DNA of 63,948 nucleotides from Candidatus Omnitrophota bacterium (GTDB lineage Bacteria; Omnitrophota; Gorgyraeia; Aquiviventales; JACQRC01): NCBI GenBank assembly GCA_016206665.1, contig JACQRC010000105.1, positions 1 to 63,948 of the forward strand, read 5' to 3'. Shown piece by piece: positions 18,976 to 28,100 of this stretch (position 1 is its first letter; each line of letters starts with the position of its first letter). The notes under the pieces were generated by a model. It saw only the letters and a program-made list of their open reading frames with translations, ran no database searches and was not told where the DNA came from. The position numbers and the translations under genes were made by a program.

Positions 18976-21900
18976 CAGGATCGTTGTTCCAGGAGCCAGC
19001 GACTGACGCGGACCACGGGCGACAGGAGCGCCCGCACCACCGCCCGCACCCGCTCGTGCCGGGCGATGACGCGAGCGACCGGCGGACTGAGCTGGTAGTA
19101 GCGGGCGACACACCAACGGCCGAGGCGATGCTGGAGGAGGATGTCGTCACGGACGTGACGCAGCACGGTCACCTCGTGGGCCAGCGGCGAGCCATAGGCG
19201 GCCGTGGCGATGAAGCAGCCGCCACCTCCGCCTCCTCCTCCATCGCCTCCGCCGACCGCCGCAGCGATGCCTCCTCCGCCAATCAGCGCCTGGACGAAGC
19301 CACCCAGGCCGAAGATGGAGAAGTGGGTGATCTGGCCGACGATCTGCTTGTTGACGGTATCAGCAAAACTCCCTGAGACCTCCGTCCACTGTTGCAAGAT
19401 CGAGTCGAAGGTGTAGAGCTTCAGGGTGGATTCGGTGATGTTCAGCGTGGCCAGTTGGGCGTCCGTATAGGGCACACGCAGCGTCACGGGGGCGTCAAAC
19501 GTTGTCCCGCCGGGGCCCAGGTCTAATGCCACCCCCAGGCCGGTCACCGGTAACGGCGGCAGCGGAGTCTCAATTTCACCGACGGTGATCGTGAGGTCCG
19601 CCGGGAAGGCGCCTGCGGGCACGTCGATCGCCACACCATTCAACGGTCCCGAAGTGACCTCTACAGTGCCCCCGCTCGGGGGGATGGTTTCTTCCGCCGC
19701 TGGCTTGGGCAGTGGCCGGCTCCGGGCGAAGAAGAAATGGGGAGCCTCTTGCGTCGGGGTATCCTGTCGCTGGTCGCTCCACGCCAGATACAGCTCGCCC
19801 TGGCTATCCAGGGCAAGACGCAGGAACAGTTGTGGTTCCGTGGTGCTGTCGTCATTGACCAGGATGTTGGTGGAAAAGGTCTGCCCGCCGTCAGAGGACT
19901 CGGCGACGTAAAGGTCATCGTCGGCGTTATCGTTCCGGTTGCGACTATCGGACCACGCCACCGCCAGGCGCTTGCCAGAGGCCTCCTGCACGGCCAGATG
20001 CGGTGAGCTTTGCTGCGCTTGCGTCGCGTCGTCGCTCACCACCACGGGCGCCGACCACGTCAGGGCTCCATCGGCGGAGCGCATGAGCAGGACATCCATG
20101 TCCGTGCGGCCGGAGCCCGGCATCACCCCCGCATAGGCCAGGAGTAGTTGGCTCCCATTAGGACTGACCCACAGAGCAGGCGCGCTGCCTGCGGTGAGCA
20201 CCACGTCAGCTCCAACGTTGACCGTCAGAGGCGAGGCCGTCAGAAACGTCGTCACGACTGGAGGCTCCCGCGGTCCTCCGCCACCTCCGGTCGGGGTGAA
20301 GGCGGTGTAAAAGACCTCCGAGCCGAAACCGCCAAAGCCGCCGAGCCCCGACCACGCCAGGTGCAGCCGGCCGTTACTTTCGGTGGCCATCGTGAGACCC
20401 GTAAAGAACGCCGCCACCTCATCATCCAGACGGACAGGCGACGTAAACGAAGCGCCGCGGTCAAAGGAAGAGGCGACATGGATGCCACGGTTCGGATCGC
20501 GGCCCACCCAAGCCGCGTGGACCTGGGAGCCCTGGGCGACGAGGTCCAGCGACGGACCGAAGAGGCCTCCGAGTGGCTCGACCGCCAACGACGCGGACGC
20601 CATCACGGGCGGGGTAAAGCTCTGCCCGCCGTCATCGGAACGGCTCACCAGGACCCGTCCGGCCGTGGCCGGTGACGGCGCTGCGTCAGACTCGATCCAG
20701 GCGATAGAGAGCCGCCCGTCGGCCAGGGCGAGACGCGGCTGTAGCCGTTCGACCTGCGGGTCGGCCGGCGCCACGGGGACCGGCGGCGCAAAGCTCTTGC
20801 CGCCGTCGCGCGAGATGGCCAGGAAGACGTCATGCGGATTGGTGTCCAGTTGCGGCCGTTCGCTGAAGGTCACGTAGACCGTCTGCGAGGCGGAATCCAC
20901 CACCACATCTGACAGCAGGCCATCGAAGCCCTGCAACGTCGCGTCTACCTGGAGATTCGGCGCCAGTTGCAGCATTTGCGTTGTGAAACTGTACGCCGTG
21001 TCCAGCTCATTGGCCTGGGGTGACAGGTCCTTGGCCTCGACCTTCACGGCGACGCTATCCTCTCGCCCCAAGGACTCGCGGGGATCGTAGACGACCACCC
21101 ACTCGTGCGGGTTGGCGACTGGCACCACCTGGACATCAAACAGGTGCCCGGCCCCATCAGCCTGGACCGCGCCGTCCTTCACAATCTCCTCGCCATTCAC
21201 TTCCACCTTCAGGGTGGACGCATCGACGCCGGCATCCGCGTCGGTCAGCCGGAACATGATGAGGGTATCGCGCGGGACCTCGATGGCCCCATCGCCGGGA
21301 TGCAGCTCAGACAAGGTCGGTGCCGAGGCATCCAGGGTGCGGAAGCTCCACACGGGTCCTTCAGTCGTAGCGCCCCGGTCATCCATTACTACGACCTGCC
21401 AGAAATAGGTGGTGCTGGGGGTCAGCGGGCCGGCCAGATTAAGCTCGGGATCCTCCAGGTCATCCGCAATCATCGTCGTCGGGGGATTCGTGGTGTCAAA
21501 CTTCACCTCGGAGGTGACTGGGTCACCGTCGGGGTCGCTGGCTTCCCACGCCAAGGTCAGGCTGAGCGGCTGGTTCGCCGCTCCGTTGACCGGTGAAGGA
21601 TTGCTGGGCTCAAACGGCGGCATATTCAAGGTCTGGAAGCTCCACACCGGCCCGGCTGTGGCCGCGCCCTCGCTATCCGTGGCGATGACCTGCCAGTAAT
21701 AGACGAGATGCGGCAGCAGGGCCGGGGAACCGGTCATCGTGGTCGTGAGGCCCGAGGCCAACACGTCGTCCGGGGAGGGATCGCCTAACTCAAACCGCAC
21801 CGCATAGGTCACCGCATCGCCATCCGGATCGCCTCCGGTCCACGACAGCGGCACTAAGAGCAGTTGCTGTTGCGCTCCATCCAAGGGACTCGGGTTCGAC

Positions 21901-23333
21901 GGCGCGTTCGGCGGGTTGTTGAGGGTGGTCAAGCGCCACACCGGACCTTCCGTCGTGGCCCCCTGGCTGTCGTGCGCCACCACCTGCCAATAATAGGTGG
22001 TATGCGCCGCCAAGAGCCCCGGGTCTGCGCTGGTGCCGGTCTGTTCTTGGACCAGCAGTTGTTGCGGGGCGGGGTTTCCCGCCTCGAAGCGCACGTCGAA
22101 GGTGAGCGGATCCGCTTCCGGGTCGCTCGCTTGCCACGACAGATCCACATCCAGGGGCTGAGCCATCGCCCCATCGGCCGGCGCAGGGTCGTGAGGAACG
22201 TCCGGCGGCAGGTTCACCGTCGTGACATCCACCGTGAGGGCGTAGCCGTTGGTCGCTCCGCTCGAGCCAAAGACGCGGATGGCGTAATCGCCGGCCTGCG
22301 GGGCATTCGCCACGGAGACGACCTCGCTGTCCTGCGTCAGGGTGTCCTGCGTCAGGGAGAAGGAGGTGTCAATTCGGGTGCTGGTCGGATCATGCAGGGC
22401 GAGTTGCAGATGACCGTAGCGGTCGGTGAAGTCAATGCGGGCCGTCAGACTCTCGCCGGCGTTGAGGCTGATGCGGTACCAGTCGTCGTCGAGGGCGATC
22501 AGTTCCTCATACCGGTCATCCGCGCGTGGCAGGGCCGAGGCGGTCGTTTGGGTGTTGTTGCCTGCGGCGATCGCTTGCCCGTTACCGCTATTGGCGAGGT
22601 CAAAGCGGTCTTCCTGCGGATAGAGGAAGCCGATGCCGTTTTTGTCATCGAAGTGCAGGTCGCGCTTCGTCGTTTCGCCGGGGGGAGCCGTGGAGAACAT
22701 GGTTGCCTCGGAGCTGTACGGCTGGCAGATGTCCACCGGCAAGCCGCTGCCGTTGCAGAGGTCGCCCAGGTTGAGGAAGTGGCCCGCTTCGTGGGTCACG
22801 ACGTTCCGTACGTCCATCGCATTGGGCCGCCCGTCCGTCGCGAAGTCGAAATTGTCGCCGTTAATGGCCATGCCGGCAAAGATGATCAGCCCTGGGGTGA
22901 TCCCGTTGGTCAGGGTGCCGGTCAGGGCGATGATGTTGGGGTCGTCGCCGCCTTCATCCCAATTTTCATCGATCCAGAAGATGAAATTGGCCGTCTGGCC
23001 TGGCGGGAACGGCCCACCGATGTCCTGGGGGCCTTCAGGCACGAAACGCAGGAACGAGGTTGTCACGTCATTCCATGTCTGGAACCCCTGTTGAACGGCG
23101 GCCACTTCCGCGGGCGAGGGATCGTGAGTGTCGGGCGAGACGTTCGAGGGATCGGTGAAGAGGACGTAATGGACTTCAGGGTTCGCCGGGGTGATGGGCC
23201 AGCGGACGAAATCGGTGTGTCCGAGCACGCTTTCTTCCAGCAACTCGTAAGCGAAAAGCGGGGGAGACGCGGTCAGCAGCCCACAGATGGCTGTGAGGAT
23301 GACGGATCTGAGTCTCAGGCGGCGTTTATTCAT
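18975..23333 (-). CDS. 1452-aa secreted multidomain protein: metzincin-like protease, PPC domain, 3 FN3-like repeats, Ig-like domain, BNR/Asp-box propeller, Gly-run, CFI-box-like C-terminal domain
   Basis: Signal peptide; [11 protein letters not shown] (22763-22793); [14 protein letters not shown]; three ~98-aa repeats ending YYWQV..GPVW; five SxDxGxxF/W boxes; [22 protein letters not shown] near the C-terminus. Confidence 0.85.
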
Positions 23334-23895
23334 GGGCCAGTTCCTCCAGCCGTTGCAGGAACGCGCCGGCTGGCACAGCTTGCGGGGTCTGGACAGGCAT
23401 ATGCAATGCTTGGAGGTCGGTGACGCTTAACGGCTGGCCGATGTCACTCATCACCATCTCGAGTTTGGACTGCGGGTCTCTGACGAGGCGGAACTTCCCC
23501 AGCCGACCATTCACCAGCCGACTGCGCTGAGCGTTGAGCCGCTTGCCCAGGACGACGACCCGCTCTCCCTGTTGAAAGGTCGGCATGTCCGAGACGGTCA
23601 TCCGCTCAGTCCCCACCGTGCCGCCTGGCACGCGTAGGACCACCGTGGCTGGGCCTGCAGCGCCAGCGCCGCCTTTCGCGAAACGGTCGACCTGGATGGT
23701 CACCTCGGTGTAAAACATCCGGATGCCGTGGAAGGGCTGCTCATAGCTGCGCTGGGAGACGACGGTGCCGGCGGCAATCACATCCGCCTCCTGCACCCGC
23801 TCGGGCAGCGTCCGCTCCACCATGAGCGCCCACGCCGGCAGGGGCGTGCCTATTAGGAGCGTCGTGAGCCAAGCGATAGTGAGTTGTCGGGACAT
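23326..23895 (-). CDS. secreted hypothetical protein, first gene of the megaprotein operon
   Basis: Start at [23 protein letters not shown] signal peptide; 8-nt overlap with the start of the 1452-aa gene. Confidence 0.55.
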   Translation of the reverse strand: MSRQLTIAWLTTLLIGTPLPAWALMVERTLPERVQEADVIAAGTVVSQRSYEQPFHGIRMFYTEVTIQVDRFAKGGAGAAGPATVVLRVPGGTVGTERMTVSDMPTFQQGERVVVLGKRLNAQRSRLVNGRLGKFRLVRDPQSKLEMVMSDIGQPLSVTDLQALHMPVQTPQAVPAGAFLQRLEELAHE

Positions 23896-23984
23896 CGGTA
23901 TCACCTCAAGCAATGTTCAGAGCGAACGATGGCTGACGGGGATGATGGACGATGACGTTGCGCGCCACCCGCGGCGCTCGACCC

Positions 23985-24013
23985 ACGATACCTCACTATT
24001 GCTGAGTTGTCAA
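23985..24013 (-). promoter_or_regulatory. sigma70-like promoter for the 23895..18247 operon
   Basis: Minus strand TTGACA-17 nt-TATCGT. Confidence 0.4.
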
Positions 24014-24059
24014 GTACAATTTTCATAAACATCAAACTCAAACAAAATGGGGGACGGTT

Positions 24060-24755
24060 CTATTTTTCGCTGGCTGCACTCGCCATCACCTTGCGGGGTC
24101 GACCTCGTGGCTGGGGCAGGAGGGGACGGTCATACTGGTCTGCCAACTGCTTCAGGAACGCGGGGGAACCTATGGCCCCTCGAGCCGTCCATGCGGGCAG
24201 TGGCGCTCCGAGGTGTTCGAGCACGAAGTGGCGGTACCGGGCTTGACGTACGCTGGACGTCGTGCCGAGCTGCTCATACAGAGGGTTCAAGGTGACGAGA
24301 GGATTTGGTGCGCCGAAGCCATAGACCCGATAGCTGGACCACGCATAAGCTTCTGGGGCCTTAACCATCTTGGCGCGCACAGGATTCAGCTCCACATACG
24401 CCCCGCACTGCAGCAAATAATTGTCGCGCGAGATCAGCAGACTTTTAAACCGATCCTGCCAGAAATGCCCCACATGGCCATGACGCTTGCGGTAGGCGAG
24501 CGCGTAACTCAGATTCAGCCCGTGCATCGCCTTGGTCAACTGCGCCGCGCGCCCGGCTTCCACGACGAGATGGACGTGGTTGGACATCAAGCAATAGTGG
24601 TAGAGGCGCAGGTGGTTCTCCGGCAGGTAGGTCGCCAACAGCTGCCCATAGCGCTGCAAATCCACGTCATCGTGGAACACCGTCATGCGGTTGTTACCAC
24701 GAGTCAGGATGTGGTAGCAGCCGCCATCCATCAGCCAACGCGCTTGGCGCGGCAT
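24060..24755 (-). CDS. REP-associated tyrosine transposase (IS200-like Y1 transposase, RayT)
   Basis: Start at MPRQARWLMDGGCYHILTRG; HUH motif SNHVHLVV; catalytic Tyr context GAYVELNPVRA. The ORF-track N-terminal extension KNRKNRDGSNFRKNRDGSNF is translated REP DNA. Confidence 0.85.
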   Translation of the reverse strand: MPRQARWLMDGGCYHILTRGNNRMTVFHDDVDLQRYGQLLATYLPENHLRLYHYCLMSNHVHLVVEAGRAAQLTKAMHGLNLSYALAYRKRHGHVGHFWQDRFKSLLISRDNYLLQCGAYVELNPVRAKMVKAPEAYAWSSYRVYGFGAPNPLVTLNPLYEQLGTTSSVRQARYRHFVLEHLGAPLPAWTARGAIGSPAFLKQLADQYDRPLLPQPRGRPRKVMASAASEK

Positions 24756-24767
24756 CGCGGACCCTCG

Positions 24768-24830
24768 AAAATTAGAACCGTCCCGATTTTTCCGAAAATT
24801 AGAACCGTCCCGATTTTTCCGATTTTTCCG
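24768..24830. repeat. 27-mer GAAAATTAGAACCGTCCCGATTTTTCC x2 plus an extra GATTTTTCC
   Basis: Direct read: 24768-24794 and 24795-24821 are identical; a related copy follows at 24886-24944 with CTATTTT-type short repeats. Confidence 0.9.
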
Positions 24831-24941
24831 CATGGTAACAGCCGTCATCAGCTAACTGGCGTGCGAGGCGTGGCATCGCGTCCTTGAGAAATTAAGAACC
24901 GTCCCCTATTTTCTTGCTATTTTCCTATTTTCTCTATTTTC

Positions 24942-25193
24942 TTAGAAAACTTTGCTAAATAATATAGCCAAGGGAAAAAGCGTGAAGAATGTTCCGAGAA
25001 CGAGTATGAAGAATTCTGCAAAGGTATCGTAGAACTTTGGGTGCCCTATTTTCAGATGGAGAAATTGCAACACTGCATTTTCGGATTGGACCATTTCTTT
25101 CGCAATTTTCTTATGGGAAACAACCAGTTTCAGGCCAACTAAAAAACTAATCATCATGGCCACGGAGAGACCAAGCCAAGATTCTTGAATCAT
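24942..25193 (-). CDS. small membrane protein, candidate immunity protein for the RHS C-terminal toxin
   Basis: 83 aa with two or three TM helices; ATGA overlap with the RHS stop; strongly AT-rich versus surroundings. Confidence 0.6.
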   Translation of the reverse strand: MIQESWLGLSVAMMISFLVGLKLVVSHKKIAKEMVQSENAVLQFLHLKIGHPKFYDTFAEFFILVLGTFFTLFPLAILFSKVF

Positions 25194-28100
25194 TGCTCAC
25201 CATAAATTTGAAAGATCTGTTTCCCAGTGAGCGATACACCAAAACCAATACCAACACCAACCCCGATCCTAGTTGATAGACCGCCCTGCCCGTAATTGAT
25301 CGAGAGCTTCACGCCGAAACCACGGAAACCACCAGATCCCGTTACACTAAGGCCTATACCTCTTGAAGGCGCGCCTAGTGAGAGCGTGAGAGAGGCGCCC
25401 TTACCTATGCCGAGTCCAACGCCATAGTACAGAAAACCACGCTTACCAATAATGCCACCAGCGGTTCCACCGGGCCCCAAGATTCCAGTCGCTGCGCCTG
25501 TAACGTTGAGGTCAACGTACAGCGATCGATCTGGCTGAGGTGTAGCTTTGGCAGGGCCAACAGCTCGGCTAGGTTGGACAGGATTGGTCTTACTAACTTC
25601 CCGTGCAATCGTTCCTTTGACCTGATCGGGGACTGTCTGGTCATTGAGCGCTGTGATGAGCGCTGCGGGATCGGTCTCTCCTGACTCGATATTCTGCTGA
25701 AGTTTTGCCGACGCTGCCGCATTACTCGCGGCCTGCATCGCCAGCCCCGCGCCGGCGCCGTAGACCCCCTCCTTCACCCCAGCCCAGAAGTCGCCGCTGG
25801 CTAAGGAGCTCACGACCCCGCTCGCTACCGCCGAGCCGACGATGGGTCCGACCCCCGGAATGAGTCCCAGGGTGCCTCCGATCGCCCCGCCGGCAGCTCC
25901 GAGGGCGGCTCCTTGGCCCAGAGGTTGCCCGAGAATTGCCGCATCAGCGAGGCCATTGAGCGTGCCGACGGCGGTCAGGCCAGGAATTCCAACGGCACCG
26001 AACGCGGCCACACCACCTGCGGCAAAGGCGGCATTGACGCTGGCCAGCGCCAGCGCGGTACTGAACGAAACCCCCGCTTGGCTGGCCGAGATCAGCGTGT
26101 CGGTGAAACTGAACACCGCCGCCATGAGGTAGGGGTTGAAGCCGGTGAAGAACCCGACGAAGATGGCGGCGATCGCCCCGAAGAGCTTGCTCCAGAAGGA
26201 GTACCCCGACGGATCCACGAAGACGATCGGGTTATTCCGCACATAGCTGTAGCGGTTGAGCGTCTGGGGATCGGCAGGGGCTTGGACGAGGGGATCCGGT
26301 GAGGTAAAGCGCCCTAAGGTGGGGTCGTAGTACCGCGCATTGTAGAAATACAGCCCCGTCGCATCGTCATTCCGCTGCCCGGTAAACCGGTGGGCGGTCT
26401 GGGGCGTGCGGTTGGCCGGATTCTGGAAATCCTGATACCGGCTCGTCGAGCCGTAGGGCGTGTATTCGAGGAGCTCGACCGGCTGGCCGGCCGCGTCGGT
26501 GACGAGGTTGGCCGATCCTAAGTGGTCGCCGTGGTAGAACCGGATCGTCGGTGAGACGACCGCAGCTTCGGCGGAGGGGACCTCGAAGAGCAGGGCCACG
26601 AGGCCTGTGAGGGGCCGCCACCAGCGGGCCCAGCGGCTGGACCGGGGCGAGGCCACGGCCGCTTGCGCGGGCGGCGTCTCGATGGCCGCGATCCGCTGGC
26701 TGCCGGCGAAGAGGTACTTCGTGCGCTTGCCGTCCGGGGCGATCTCGTAGGACTGGCCCAGGAAGAGCGTCGTGCCGGCTGAGGTGATCTGCTTGACCCG
26801 CCCGCCATCGCCGTCATAGACGAAGCGCGTCGTCGGATCCCGGGGCAGGGGAGGCCGCCAGGTCGAGGCCGTGCGGGCATGGACGAAGTAACTCTGGCCC
26901 GGGACGGCATCGGTGGCCGTTGTCAAAGAGCCACTCGTCGTATCGTACGCTAAGACCTGGTCGTAGTCAATGCCCGCAAAGTTTTGGCTGATGGCTGATG
27001 GCTGACTGCTGATGGCTGGTAACAGGTGCCAGCCGGTGGCCAGCGACTGGTCGAGCGTCACCGTCGGTAATTTGCCGCGCAGGGTGACGGTGACCCCGCT
27101 GGGATTCTTGCAGTAGACCTCGTAGCCCTCCCCGTAGGCGAGCTCGGCAAAGTCATCAAATTTGGGATTGCCGACGTGGTGTCGATAGGTGCTTGTCGCC
27201 GGCTCAAACTTCGCGATCTGCTCGAAATCTTGGGCAAAATTTGGCAGCAGCGCGACGACCGCGCCGTCATTCGGGATGACCGGCAAACTGAAGAAGTTCC
27301 AGCCAGGGTCGAAGTGGACGCTCACCGCGTCGTCCTGCGCGGTCTTCACCTCGGTGAGGCGGTTTTCCGCGTCGTAGGTGAGGAATTGGGTGGTGAGGGC
27401 TGCGGCCTGCGGGTTGGGGTGGCCGGATTTCTGGAGGAGGTTGCCGTTCGCGTCATAGACCATCGAGCCGTTGAGCGAGGTGGCGGTCACCGCGTGGGGC
27501 TTCGTGCCGTTGGGCAGGCCGTAGGTCATCGTCAGGCCTTCCTTCTGCAGCATATTGCCGATGGGGTCATACTGGTAGCTGGCCAGGCCGTAGGCGCCGG
27601 TGGCCTGGGTGAGACGGTTCAGGTCATCGTACTGGAAGGTCTGGGTCGCCGAGTGGACCGCATCGGTGATGGCGCGGACATTGCCGACCGGGTCAAAACT
27701 GTACGCAAAATTTTGCAGGGTAGTGCCTAGTGACGAGTGACTAGTGACCAGTGAGGACAAACGCAGGGTTTGTGGATCGTAGGTGTAATCGCTGACGGTG
27801 CCGTTGCCGTAGGCGAGCTGCGTGAGTTGCCCGGCGGCGTTGTAATCGACATTCGTGACCAGTGACAAGTGACCAGTGACAGGTGAATCGAGGGCAATGG
27901 TTTCGATGCCGCCTTGCACGTTGTAGGTGTAGGTGGCGGCGTCGCTGTCGGGGTAGGTCAGGGTCGTCAGCCGGCCGAGCAGGTCGTAGGCGCGCTGGAT
28001 GGTGTAGGTCGTGCCATCGACGGTCTTGGCTTCTCGCAGGAGGCGGCCGAGGTTATCGTACTCGAACGACGAGGAGCCTGAGCCGTCGGTAATCTCCGTG

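Larger units (their letters stand above)
24045..24944 (-). mobile_element. REPtron: RayT gene flanked by inverted copies of a GGGACGGTTCTA-core REP
   Basis: Core at 24051-24062 (+ orientation, overlapping the RayT stop); inverted copies at 24774-24785, 24801-24812 and 24895-24906. Confidence 0.7.

Noticed and set aside
21864-23423. 519-aa plus-strand ORF
   Set aside because: It is antisense to the 1452-aa secreted protein, whose domain content is unambiguous. No motifs are present.
24756-24848. N-terminal extension of the RayT ORF (MTAVTMRKNRKNRDGSNFRKNRDGSNFRGSA)
   Set aside because: It is the translation of the tandem 27-bp REP copies. The family-typical N-terminus starts at MPRQARW (24755).
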